DNA from: Okamejei kenojei | Taxonomy: Eukaryota | Direction: 5' to 3' | DNA: 64,000 bases | Assembly: GCA_035221665.1 (NCBI GenBank) | Contig: CM069133.1 | Location: 79,856,001-79,920,000, forward strand | Shown here: positions 1 to 11,540 of the stretch, piece by piece | Layout of the letters: each line of letters opens with the position of its first letter | How positions within the stretch are numbered: position 1 is the stretch's first letter | Program-made: the position numbers and the translations under genes | The notes under the pieces: model-generated | Databases searched by the model: none | Seen by the model: the letters and a program-made list of their open reading frames with translations, nothing else | What the model was told of the DNA's origin: nothing

Positions 1-480
1 GGTGCCTGTTGATGGATATTGAAGACCTTCACCCCAGTACATTCTGTTCCATTGGTACTTAGAGAGCTTCTTCATGGTATTGTTCAGCATGGAGGATCAA
101 TGATCCACCAATTGAGGAGGACAGGAAATGGTAATCAGGAGCAGATGTGACGTGATTCCAAGAAATTGTTTAGCATTCGGAATTAATGTTGAGAGCTTGC
201 AGGGTTACTCCCTCTCATTCTTTATGGTGTGTCTGTCCTACTGGTGGGATGGTTTGTACCCAACTATTGTGATGGAGAAGACTGGATCATCCATAATATA
301 CGATTCATACTTGATCTGTGTGGGCTGGTTAACCAGGCGTTGTGCATTATCAACTTTAACATAATCATAACCCAGTAGTTGATCCACACGCATATGTGGC
401 CTATTTGCTTTGCTGAGTTTTCAGGTAGGTTGGTCTTGGATTTCCTTACAGATTTTGCTGCTTTGTGTATACATTTTTTT
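1..480 (-). mobile_element. Highly decayed LINE (CR1/L2-group) endonuclease-region remnant
   Basis: Minus strand reads ...cagaatgtactggggtgaaggtcttcaatatccatc, resembling an APE 'VLWxGDFNxH' motif of an old chondrichthyan LINE; no intact ORF. Confidence 0.45.
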
Positions 481-665
481 CTAATGATGCCTTGTGCATT
501 CAGCATTCCTTGGGCTCCCCCCAGTTGATCAAGCATGACGTAGTCCTACCATCTGCCTTCCATAGACAAAGCTCCTTGTTCCTAGCGCATTATAGATAAT
601 TGCAATACCCGAGTACAAATTTGGGTGAGGGTTCCTGACCAAGTAAACCCAGAAATTCCTTCAGA

Positions 666-1075
666 TAGATGCAAAAATGCTAGAGTAACTCAGCGGATCA
701 GGCAGTGTTTCTGGTGAAAAGGAATAGGTGATATTTTGGGTCAGAACCCTTCTTCAGACTGAAAGATAGAGAAGGCCAGAACAAAACAGGGCTGGTAACA
801 GATGATGATCCATAATGACCTATCGATGGCTGGGGAAGATGAGCTAACAACAGGGATACAAAGATGTGAACAGTGGAACTAGTTGAATTATTAAGAGGGT
901 GGGGGGGAGTGGGGAGGGGCGAGAAAGGAATGCAGGAGTTACTTGAAATGAAACCGCTGGGTTGTAAGCTGCCCAAGTGAAATATGAGATGCATTTCCTC
1001 CAATTTGCGTGTGGCCTGTCTCTGACAGTGGATGGTCCAGGACAGAAAGGTCAATATGGGATGGGAAAATGTTTG
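666..1075 (-). mobile_element. Penelope-like element 3' end / terminal repeat with decayed hammerhead
   Basis: Translates 'KLEEMHLIFHLGSLQPSG', the same C-terminus as the PLE at 57.2-59.8 kb; followed by agtctgaagaagggttctgacccaaaatatc and the shared terminal unit. Confidence 0.8.
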
Positions 1076-1761
1076 GCAACCATTGTATTGTTTATTTAGC
1101 CTAATTGTAAAACATCAGTAACACGAAAATTACTGGGTCTCCATATGGAAGCTGAAATGGAAACATCAGGATTGTTATACAATTTTGAAACTGGAGCAAA
1201 ACTTCTGATTAGAGTATTCCCGACAGTTCCACCTTTTGAATGCACAATTGCATTGCAAATGGGGTGATGTTGATGCCTTTGGCTGTGAAGAGGTTGACAT
1301 CAGCAGATATTATTTATTTTCCTGTTTTGCCAGAGGCACATTGCCAAAGGTATCAAACTACTTGTGGTGATCTCTCCAGGCCATGGACAGACCGAGATGC
1401 ATGCAAGTCAACCCTTTGAAATGTAGCTTTTCTGTGCCAACATCAGCACAGAGGCAGCCATTCTCATTTGAAGTGGCTGGCTGGAATATGAGCCGGCTAT
1501 TCTCCTTGCTTTGTCCACTCCTATTGTATTTCACCACAAATTATCTACATGCATGCAGCCCTGAAACCGCTGACTCTCCAAAAACTTTCGATTCCATATC
1601 CTTTTTAAGGTCTGTCCAAATTGGACTCTTATAGGAATTAATTAAGAAATATGTCTCCACCTCCCTTTCCAGCAAAGATGCCTTTGCCACCAAGGCTTAC
1701 TGGATCTCCCAGTTACTAATTATTTTGACTTATCTTCCCTTTCCCATACTAACTTTTCTTT

Positions 1762-2378
1762 ATTATTTATTTATTTTTTATATCTTTATTTATTAGAGGT
1801 ACCATAAGTTACATCAGTGTACATCCCTTGTATTGTATTACAGTCATTGTACCCCTTAATTTTTTTTAAGGCTTTAGAAAAGAGAGAAAAGAGAGAGAAA
1901 TACCAGCATAGAAAGTAGAAGAGTGAAAAAGAGATGTGAAAGTGCAAACGTGTGACAGAGGGAAAGGAAACCCTTGAAGAGTTAGAGACCGGAGATTAAG
2001 AGATAGACCCTGGAGAGGAAAAAAAAAAAAAAAGGGAAAGGTAGATAAAGAAAGAAGAAAAGCCAGTTACTTTATTATAAACATCTCGCAAAAGGAATCT
2101 ACCAACTCTACAGTTTTTCTTCCCCCGTTACCAAGTCCCGACACCGGTACTTTTTGAGGTATTCTTGCACCTTATCCTTGTAATAGATTTATAAATGCAG
2201 ACCACGTCTTATAGAAACAGTCTGATTTTCCTGCTAGTCGGAGTCTCATATCTTCCAAGTGTAGTGTTTCGAACATAGTTGAAATCCACATATTAACTGT
2301 TGGTACAGGAGAATTTTTCCAGAATTTTAAGATTAGCTTTTTTCCAGTTATTAAGCCATATTCAAATAGAGTATTTTC
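1762..2378 (-). mobile_element. L1/Tx1-like LINE 3' end (ORF2 C-terminus, 3'UTR, A-rich tail)
   Basis: ORF 2172-2546 contains 'GKKLILKFWK..PT..W...LHLE......G....F.KTWSAF', typical of fish L1 ORF2 C-termini; T-rich tract at 1762-1795 is the tail. Confidence 0.7.
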
Positions 2379-2905
2379 TGTCCTGGGTCTCCTCCATTGC
2401 CAATATGAGGCTACAGGTAAACTGGAGGAACAACACATCATATTCTCCTTTTGTAGCTTACAACATAACAGTATGAACATTGAATTCTCAAACTTCAAGT
2501 GACCCCCTACAACCCTCACTCCCTCCCCCTCCCCTTTCTGACCCAACTGACTCTCACTTACTTCCCCCCTCCCTCAACCCTGACCCACATTCCTTCCTCT
2601 GGCTTCAAAATTCACAACACTTCAATCTTTTTTGTCTCACACCTGCTTTAATATCTAGCCTTTGTTCCAACCAAAAACCAAATATCTAGCTTTTGTTCCA
2701 ACCAAAAACAGTGTGTCTACCTATCACCTGCTCTCCTCTCTCCCAGCTTTCTTTTCCCCCGTCCCCAACCCTCTCACAATCAGTGTGGACAAGGGTCCTG
2801 ACCTGAAACCTCACTTATGTTCTCCAGAAATGCTGCCTGACCCACTGGGTTACTCCAACACTTTGTCCTTTTTTTGTAAACCAGCATCTCCAATTCCTTG
2901 TTTCG
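2379..2905 (+). mobile_element. PLE 3' end / terminal repeat
   Basis: tctgtcctgggtctcctccattgcc...aaactggaggaacaacacatcatatt matches 59472-59570; ends with the terminal unit. Confidence 0.8.
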
Positions 2906-2907
2906 GA

Positions 2908-3134
2908 TGTGTAGGAAGGAACTGCAGATGCTGGTTTAAACCGATGATACACACAAAATGCTGGAATAACTCAGCGGGACAGGCAACATCTCTGGAGAGC
3001 ACGAATGGGTGAATTTTCGGTTGGGACCCTTCTTCAGACAGCACATGGGTGACGCCTCGACCCGAAAGGTCTCCCATTCCTTCTCTCCAGAGATGATGCC
3101 TGCCCTGCTGAGTTACTCCAGCATTTTGTGTCTA
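2908..3134. repeat. Back-to-back palindromic pair of PLE terminal units
   Basis: acacaaaatgctggaataactcagc...atctctggagag is the reverse complement of ctctccagagat...gctgagttactccagcattttgtgt. Confidence 0.8.
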
Positions 3135-3773
3135 TTCTTGATTCTGATGTTGCAAGTGTCTGGTTGGTTGTTTTAAGTCCAGTTTAAGCCCAATTTAAAC
3201 AGCAAAGATATGCTACATCCACCTGGTCCTACTATAGACCCCAGTCACGCAGCTAAAGCAGAAGCATTCCGCATCCCTTCATTATCATTCTACTTTGTCT
3301 TGGCCCATTTATAACTGTCTGCGATTAAAATTGATGCCATCCATTTTCAGGTAAATTAACTTAAAAGTAGCAACCTACATTAAAAACAAAGACTTGATAT
3401 AAATTCTATGAGATAGCAAGTTATTCTCGGAGTGCCTGTTCTTGTTTTTAATGTGCTCCTTGTTTGAAGAAAATGTTGATGATGTGCAATCTGTGTTACA
3501 CAATTGAAGAATGAAACATGAGCACAATCTGTGCACATGCCGAAGGAATGGCAAGTACCACTATTGATGTGAATTTAAGGGATGTTCAGTTGTGACCTGC
3601 TCAGTTTAATTGGTCCATGTATATTCAACCCGCATACAGTTTAAACCAAAGACAGAAAATTAGATTCCCCACAACTTGCCCTGAGTGCCTTCCAGAAACA
3701 ATAATCTGAAATCCAAGGAGCAAAGAACCGAGAGGTTAAGGCTTACAAAGGGAACGTTCATTGACAGAGTACT

Positions 3774-3990
3774 TGAGGGGTAACTTTTTCACACAAAGGG
3801 TGGTGAATGTATGGAGTTGAGGCAATGACTATCCTAACATTTAAGAAATAGTTAGACAGGTACATGAATAGGACAGGTTTAGAGGGATATGGACCTAATG
3901 CGGGCAGGTGGGACTAGTGTAGCTAGGACATGTTGGCCGGTGTGGGCGAGTTGAGCTGAAGGGCCTGTTTCCAGACCGTATCATTCTATA
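3774..3990 (+). mobile_element. CR1 LINE 3' fragment
   Basis: ggggtaactttttcacacaaagggtggtg...gaagggcctgtttcc, the CR1 3' end seen repeatedly in the window. Confidence 0.75.
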
Positions 3991-4177
3991 ACACGTGAAT
4001 CCCAACCCCAATTATCAACACAGCATCCACTGCTGTCTTGTATCTACCAACTTCCTGAAGAATCTGTCAACTTGCAAACTCGTATCAGCAAAGTGGCAGA
4101 ACACACAAAAGCCTCTATCATTTTGTAGAACACAGGCAACAAATGCTGGATATTTCAGTCAAGACTAGTCATTGAGA

Positions 4178-4262
4178 GTAAACAAAAATGCTGGAGAAAC
4201 TCAGAGGGTGAGGCAGCATCTATGGAGCGAAGGAAATAGGCAACGTTTCGGGCCGAAACCCT
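4178..4262 (-). mobile_element. Short PLE terminal unit truncated within the hammerhead core
   Basis: aaaaatgctggagaaactcag...ggcaacgtttcgggccgaaaccc. Confidence 0.75.
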
Positions 4263-4579
4263 GAGAATGTTTTGTTGTCCAATGGAATGGACTAATGAGA
4301 TTCTTAATTGTTACAACTTTAACAGGTAGGTAAATACAGCAACACAAATGTACAATATACAATAATACAATTAGATTCAGTTATACTGAATAAGCAGACC
4401 ATGGCAAGTAAGTACACACTAGCAGTCCTTGCACAAACTTCATAGTACTCCAGTACTGAGGTACAGTTGCAATTAGTGTCGTGCAGTGTGTTTCAAGACT
4501 CGGATTGTTAATGAAAATAAGCTGTTATTTAACCTAGAGGCAATGGTATCTACAAGCTAAACTATAAATTGAAACATTG

Positions 4580-4910
4580 AAGATCCTGAGGGAGCACGAA
4601 GGGTAGACGTGGCTTCCACTCATGGGAGAGATTTGAAGGAGAGACATAATTACGAGCTTGGGAACCTTTTATTTAAAACTGAAGTGTGTAGAAGCTTCTT
4701 CTCACAGAGGATGGAATTCAATGCCTAGATCACTGGCAGTTTTTGCTTAAGGTACATGCATTTTTGAAAGATTGCAGAACCAAAGCCTAAGGGAAACTGC
4801 TACAGAAGAGATGAGGCTGAGGGCAAATCACCCAGAATCTCATTGAATGGTGGCCAGGTTGGAGGGGCCTAATGGCCTGGTCATGTTCCTATTTTTGAAT
4901 GTTCTCATTC
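4580..4910 (+). mobile_element. Decayed CR1 3' fragment
   Basis: ttcttctcacagagg...ttgaatggtggccaggttggaggggcctaatggcct...cctatt resembles CR1 3' ends. Confidence 0.55.
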
Positions 4911-6133
4911 TCTAAATTGCACATGATCGTGGCCTGGAAATATGTTCTCATTCCTCTTCAGTCCCTCATTTGTTGGAGTTGACCACATAACCGTTCCTTT
5001 ACTAGAAGTGGCCCATGTGGTCAGGAAGGCAACCACTCGACCTTTTTGATGGCAATTAAGGACAGTTATTGCTTGCTGACTCCCAGCTGCCTACCTCTGA
5101 CAGAAGATTGATTAAAAAGAAACCACAGTAAGACAACTCCCTCGCTGCCACTACTCCAGCGAATCTCAGAGTTCACTTGAGCACAAATCATGCATTTATT
5201 TTCACCCTATCTTTTCCCCATGACTCGAAGGGTCTTCATATGAGAAGAAAGGTCGGTCAATGGCATAAGCCTGCTTCTGTGACCATATGATTAGCTAGCA
5301 TTCCTAATGGCAGGAAAACTGCTGGATGACAAATGCTGAAGCAAAAAACCTAAGCCTAAGATTTAAGCATTTCTAAAGCTTAACGTGAATACTGACAATA
5401 CACTCGAACCTTTAATTAAGACTGGAATGATCATTCCTCCTTTTGTGGCTGCTTCTCACCGCTAAAATCTGAGAAATGAAAACATTCTTTAGCTTTAGCT
5501 GGGTAATGGTCACATTATATCGAGAAAGAGTTAAAAATAAATATTCTAATTCAGCCTCCATGTCCTCAGATTAACTCAATACACATGTTTCAAGGGCTTG
5601 GGTTGCCTCCAAGGTGAGGGAATAGCTAGTCACACATCCAAACCAAACTATACTTAAGACTTACTCAATCGTGAGGAAGGTTGGCAGTTCTTGTTGAACT
5701 AAGCCGACAGTTATTCAAATTGATGAACTGAATAAACCGTTTGGAGATTATTTGTGAACTGGTTCGATTGTCTGAATCAGATATTGATCTGGGACTTTGA
5801 GTGAGATCAGCTAAGATCATTTACCTCCTGCAGTTAGCAATAATTCACGTATATGGAACAAAATGTTGGCTGTGGGACTAGTTGATGCCACTGTGTCTGC
5901 AAGTAGACCAGACGTTTGACCGTAGGAAGTAATCAGCAATGGGTACAGCAACAATGGGCATGGTTAATGACACTTGTTCTCAAGACTATTGAACTGGACA
6001 TCCTGCAAGTCCACTCCTCCCCCACGTTCATTGCTGTTACCCATCCTGTCCTTCAGCTAACAAAATGGAAGCACAATCCAAAATTAGTATTATGCTGGTT
6101 TGGCCACTTGGGGTTCTCTGCCCATAACCCTAA

Positions 6134-6432
6134 TGTCCCTGTCACACTTAGGAAATCTGAACGGAAACCTCTGGAGACTTTGCACCCCACCCAAGGTTTC
6201 CGTGCGGTTCCTGGAGGTTCCCGGAGGTTTTTGTCCTCCGGCAACCACCTTCAACTAGCATCGCAACCGGCTTTCACTAAAAAATTACCGATTTTTAAAA
6301 CGGAAACCACTTTCGACCATTAGGGAGACTGACAAAAACCTCCGGGAACCTCCATGAACTGCACGGAAACCTTGGGTGGGGCGCAAAGTCTCCAGAGGTT
6401 TCTGTTCAGGTTTCCTAAGTGGGACAGGGGCA
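6134..6432. mobile_element. PIF/Harbinger-type MITE with ~100 bp TIRs
   Basis: TIRs tgtccctgtcacacttaggaaa... / ...tttcctaagtgggacaggggca, flanked by TAA and TTA; non-coding. Confidence 0.8.
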
Positions 6433-7162
6433 TTACAGAGTACATTTGTGGTCAAGGCTACATACACACTCTCCAAAAAAAAAAATCCATAAGCTATTAC
6501 ATTCACATAAATATGACACAGCAATTGTCTGGTTGCACTGATGTTGTGCCTTGCTCAATGATCACTGCAAAGACTTGGCAGCATGCGGGGAGAGGAAATT
6601 GTGTAAGATGTGCAGAGAATATTCTTACAGGAGTGTACTTGTCAAAGTAATTGTCCATTAATGTGCTGAACACCTTGGCAAGTGAAGATAATGGGATCTT
6701 CTATGAAATGCATGCATGCAGCAATAGAACGACGCAGCAGAAAGGAAATCAGTTAGGCCTTGGTACGTCCTGCTTCTGACACTCTGTTTGACTCCCCCTT
6801 TGATTTATCTTTCAATCTTGAATTATTTATCCAGTTCCATTTGAAAGTTGCAATGTTATCTCCTTCTGCCATGTTACCAAGCAAACTATTCCAGACCAAA
6901 TCTCACCATTTGTTCCAAGTAATTTGTAAATTGTTTTTTCATTCAGCTTTATTCTCTGTTTATTGATTCTTTATCCATCAGAACCATGCATGGTTTGTGC
7001 AGAGGGGTCAAATGAGACTGCAGATGCTGGAATCTGGAACAACAAGCAAACTTCTAGAGGAAATTAAGTCATAGAGCAACTGTAGAGGGAAATGGACAGT
7101 TGCGTTTTGGGTTGACACCTTTCATTTATCCTGAAAGAGTAGGGGGGGATAGCTTGTATAAA

Positions 7163-7517
7163 CATAGAATGTAATACAGCACAGGAACGCCATATCTCTG
7201 CTGACGCTGCTGATAATCTCATCTACCTGTTCGTGATCCATAATCCCTCCACTTCTTGCATATCCATGTGTCTATCCAAAAGTTTCTTAAATGCCACTAC
7301 CATATCTGCCTCTTCCACCACTCCTGGTAACATGTTCCAGGCATTCACCACCTTCTGTAAAAAAAAACTTTCCCCACACATCTCCATATTCTGTCCCTTT
7401 TGCCATAAAGCTTTGCCCACTCATCTATGGCATTTCTGCTCTGGGAATAAGGTTCTGGCTGTCTTGCGTTAGCCGAAAGGTTTGTTTCCGCACTGTATCT
7501 CTAAACTAAACTAAACT
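7163..7517 (-). mobile_element. CR1 3' fragment plus adjoining plus-strand SINE/CR1 tail (ctaaa)n
   Basis: ORF 7223-7420 'FFLQKVVNAWNMLPGVVEEADMVVAFKKLLDRHM' is the CR1 ORF2 C-terminus. Confidence 0.75.
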
Positions 7518-7994
7518 CCTTCAGATCACCTGCTATAAACACAGCAAATCTATTCTTCTCTTGGGCCTGGTAATGTTCTGGTGAAACACTTCACCATTTT
7601 CTCTATTGTATTGACATTCTTCCTCAGAAATGACATTCACAATTAAACACTGTACTCAAGCTAACTGAAGTTTTGTAACTGTTTAGGATAACCTTTTTAC
7701 TCTTAAAGTCTATGAATCTTATAACTCCAATAATCCCCAAAGCTCCTTCTCTGTAAAGAGCATCCTTTCCAACTGATCATTACTACCTTTGGAGATTTGT
7801 GGAAATCCATAAGCATTAATTAAATGTAATGTTACAGTATATTTAAAATAACTCCAGGTCTCTCGGCTTCTGCGCCTCATTTAAATGGCATTATTTAGAT
7901 TACATTTCCTCTTTTCATGCATCCCTCTGAAGGACATTGCTATATTGCATTGTTTCAACTGTAACATGTTAATCTTTTTCGTTAATTTAATATC

Positions 7995-8272
7995 CGAGTG
8001 AGGCCACACGGAAATTGGAGGAATAGCACCTCAAATCTGGGTTGGGCAACTTACAACCCATTGGTATGAATGTTGATTTCTCTAATTCCAAGTAACCCTG
8101 ATTGTTCTGGATTTTTCCTACCTCCAGTTCTCTCCCACTTTCAGTCTGAAGAAGGGTTCCGACTCAAAATGTCACCTGTTCCTTTTCTCCAGAGATGCTG
8201 CCTGACCTGCTGAGTTGATCCAGCACCTTGTGTCTACCTTTGGTATAAATCAGCACCTGCAGTTGCTTCCTA
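7995..8272 (+). mobile_element. PLE 3' end / terminal unit
   Basis: gaaattggaggaatagcacctc...cagtctgaagaagggttccgactcaaaatgtcacc...gcagttgcttccta. Confidence 0.75.
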
Positions 8273-8604
8273 TTCATTAACCTTTGTTATCCTGTTGGAC
8301 CACGTTGTTTACTAGATTGTAGTGTTTTATCAACAAAACTTTAATTTTGCATTGTGCATCCAGATCCACATATATAAAAAGAGGATTAACACTGCTTCAA
8401 AAGGAGTACTACCCAAGACTTTTCTCTCTTTGAAAAAGCTAACGTCTTGGGCAGTAGTTTAGCAGGATTCTATTCTCGCACTTGAGGCACCAATTGGACT
8501 TGTCCATGATGAATTCAGTGAGTTATCTGGTGAGTTTATTGAGCAGTCACCTTATTGAGCAGATGCCATCTTGTTCTGTAGACAATGTGGAGAAGGTGGC
8601 CATG

Positions 8605-8774
8605 GACATCATAGTTGTACTGCATGGAAAGAGGCCCTTCAATCCAACCTGTCTAAGCTGATCAGGTTTTTTTTTGGAGCTAGTCCCATTTGCCTACACT
8701 ACTTCCATATTCCTTTAACCTCTCCTATTCATGTACGTGTCTAAATTATTTATAAATGTTGTAATTGAACCTGC
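8605..8774 (-). mobile_element. CR1 3' fragment, left part of the host of the Rex1 insertion
   Basis: gcatggaaagaggcccttc...gtaattgaacctgc resumes at 10837 with ctcaaatacttc. Confidence 0.65.
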
Positions 8775-9331
8775 ATCCCGACAAAAACCTTCCGAGTGTT
8801 TCCCAGTCAGATACCTTGGATGAACTTTGAGATCCGCACTCTCCTGAAGTCTAGACACCGAGCATTCACGTCTGACGATCCAGTGGACTACAAGAAGTCC
8901 AGATACGACCTTGGTAAGGCCATCAAAAAAGCCAAAAGGGACTTCTGCTCCAAACTGGAGGATGAGACAGTTGTTCGGCAGCTGAGGCGGGGCCTGAATG
9001 CAATCACCTCCTACAAGGCGAAATCAGGAGGCAGCTCGAATGTCAGCGAAACATCACTCCCTGACGAGCTCAATGCGTTTTACGCATTCTTTGATAGGGA
9101 GAATACTGATGTGCCTTCCCGAGTCCACATTCGCTGTGATGGTATTTCAGTCTCAGTCACAGAGGCCGACGTCAGGAAATCCTTCAGTGGGGTGAACCCT
9201 CGAAAAGCGTCTGGACCTGATGGAATACCCGGTCGTGTTCTAAAAACCTGTGCGGACCAACTGGCTGGAGTTTTACGGACATTTTCAACCACTCACTTCT
9301 GAGGTCTGAGGTCCCCACCTGCTTTAAAAGG

Positions 9332-9453
9332 GTACACAAAAAGCTGGAGAAACTCAAGCATTAAGGAGCGAAGGAGATGGGCGACGTTTCGGGCCGAGAC
9401 CCTTCTTCAGACTGGTCAGGGATCAGGGAAACGAGAGATATAGACGGTGATGT
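9332..9453 (-). mobile_element. PLE terminal unit inserted in the Rex1 RT
   Basis: Interrupts the Rex1 reading frame; contains a hammerhead motif. Confidence 0.8.
9380..9413 (-). ncRNA. Minimal hammerhead ribozyme motif
   Basis: Minus strand AGU CUGAAGA A GGGUC UC GGCCC GAAA CG UC GCC: full core, 5-bp stem II, palindromic ACGU stem III, GUC site. Confidence 0.7.
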
Positions 9454-10836
9454 GCCTATCAATGACATCGACCAGTGGCACTAACGCCTGTGGTGATGAG
9501 GTGCTTTGAGAGTTGATCATGGAGCAAATCAACTCCTACCTCGACCTGGAAGGATACCCTGGACCCACTGCAATTCGCTTACCGCCACAACAGATCAACG
9601 GTGGATGCGATCTCGCTGGCCCTCCACTCCGCTTTGGACCACTTGGACAACAAAAACTCATATGTCAGGCTGTTATTTATCGATTACAGCTCAGCATTTA
9701 ACACAATCATCCCCTCCAAGCTGGTTACCAAACTCGCAGAACTGGGTCTCTGCACATCCCTCTGGAATTGGATCCTCGACTTCCTCATTCACAGACCACA
9801 GTCCGTTCGTATTGGTGGAAATGTGTCAGCCTCGATAACATTCAGCACGGGAGCACCTCAAGGCTGCGTGCTCAGCCCCCTGCTGTACTCTATACTCATG
9901 ACTGCGTAGCCGGTCACAGTGCGAACTCCATCATCAAGTTCGCTGACGACACCACTGTTGTGGGGTGTATCACTGATGGGGATGAGTCAGAGTATAGAAG
10001 AGAGATCTAGCAACTGTCCATATGGTGCCAGCACAATAACCTGGCCCTCAACACCAGCAAAACCAAGTAACTGATTGTGGACTTTGGAAGGAGTAGGATG
10101 GGGACCCACAGACCCGTTTATATCAATGGTTGAAAGGGTCAAGCGCTTCAAATTCCTGTGCGTGCACATCTCTGAAGATCTTTCCTGGTCCGAGAACACT
10201 AATGCAATTATTAAGAAAGCGCATCAGCGCCTCTACCTCCTGAGAAAATTACGGAGAGTCGGTTTGTCAAGGAGGACTCTCTCTAACTTCTACAGGTACA
10301 TAGTAGAGAGCTTGCTGACTGGTTGCATCATGGCTTGGTTTGGCAACTTGAGCGCCCTGGAGAGGAAAATACTTCAAAAAGTAGTAAACACTGCCCAGTC
10401 CATCTTCGGCTCTGACCTTCCTTCCATCGAGGGGATTTATCGCAGTCGCTGCCTCAAAAAGGCTGGCAGCATCATCAAGGACCCACACCATCCTGGCCAC
10501 ACACTCATCTCTCTGCTACCTTCAGGTAGAAGGTACAGGAGCCTTAAGACTGCAATGACCAGGTTCAGGAATAGCTACTTCCCCACAGCCATCAGGCTAT
10601 TAAACCTGGCTCGGACAAAACTCTGATCATTAATAACCCATTATCTGTTATCTGTTATTTGCACTTTATCAGTTTATTTATTCATGTGTGTATGTATTTA
10701 TATAATGATATATGGACACACTGATCTGTTTTGTATTAAATGCCTACTATGTTTTGTGTGCTGAAGCAAAGCAAGAATTTCATTGTCCTATCAGGGACAC
10801 ATGACAATAAACTCAATAAACTTGAACATGAACTTG

Positions 10837-11430
10837 CCTCAAATACTTCTTCTAGAAGCTCATTCCATATACCCACCATCCTCTTTGTTGTAAAAATAAC
10901 CTGAAGGGTCCCCTTTTAAGGGCCTGTCCCACTTGGTGATTTTGCCAGCATCATATCAGTGTTGCCAAAAGATTTTGAACATTTCAAAATCCAGCGGCGA
11001 CAAAAAAAATGTTGCAACACCTGAAAAAACACCGCACGTCAAACGTCATCACGCCACGTCACACGTCATCATGCTACATCACGCCGCGCATTTCTTCGGT
11101 GACCTGATACGTCAGTCAATGATGCTGTCAGTCGCCAAAAAAATGGCCAAGTGGGACAGGCCCTTAAATCTTTCCTCTGTCACCTTGAACCTATGCCCTC
11201 TAGTAATTAGACTCCGTACTCTGTGGAAAAAAAGTTACCATTAACCTTATCTATGCTGTTCATGATTTTATGTACTTCTGCTGAGTCACCTCGAATCTTC
11301 CTAACCTCTAGGGAATAAGGACACAATCCATCTAGAATCTCCTTATAAAACCTCAAATCCTTGTGTGTATGTATTTATGTAATGATATATGGACACACTG
11401 ATCTACAATCATGTAACATCCTTGTGAATC
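10837..11430 (-). mobile_element. CR1 fragment, right part, interrupted by a MITE
   Basis: aaatctttcctctgtcaccttgaacctatgccctctag...ttatctatgctgttcatgattttat is antisense CR1. Confidence 0.65.
10919..11164. mobile_element. PIF/Harbinger-type MITE
   Basis: TIRs agggcctgtcccacttgg / ccaagtgggacaggccct, flanked by TTA and TAA; interrupts a CR1. Confidence 0.85.
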
Positions 11431-11540
11431 TGCACAGTAAATGTGAGTACCATGAGGAGTGTTGTAAAATGGAGACCTAGGGGTGCAGGTACAAAGTCCC
11501 ATGAAAGTGTAGTCAATGTTCGACAGATTGTTGAAGGCGA

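Larger units (their letters stand above)
8775..10836 (+). mobile_element. Rex1/Babar LINE, 5'-truncated, frameshifted RT
   Basis: 'KASGPDGIPGRVLKTCADQLAGV', '[18 protein letters not shown]', '[14 protein letters not shown]', 'KFADDTT', 'RFRNSYFPTAIRLLN'; 3' end cacatgacaataaa with short-repeat tail. Confidence 0.92.

Noticed and set aside
10915-11168. piggyBac/Kolobok assignment from apparent TTAA flanks
   Set aside because: Related copies show clean 3-bp duplications (TCA at 43837, TTA at 20790), favouring PIF/Harbinger.
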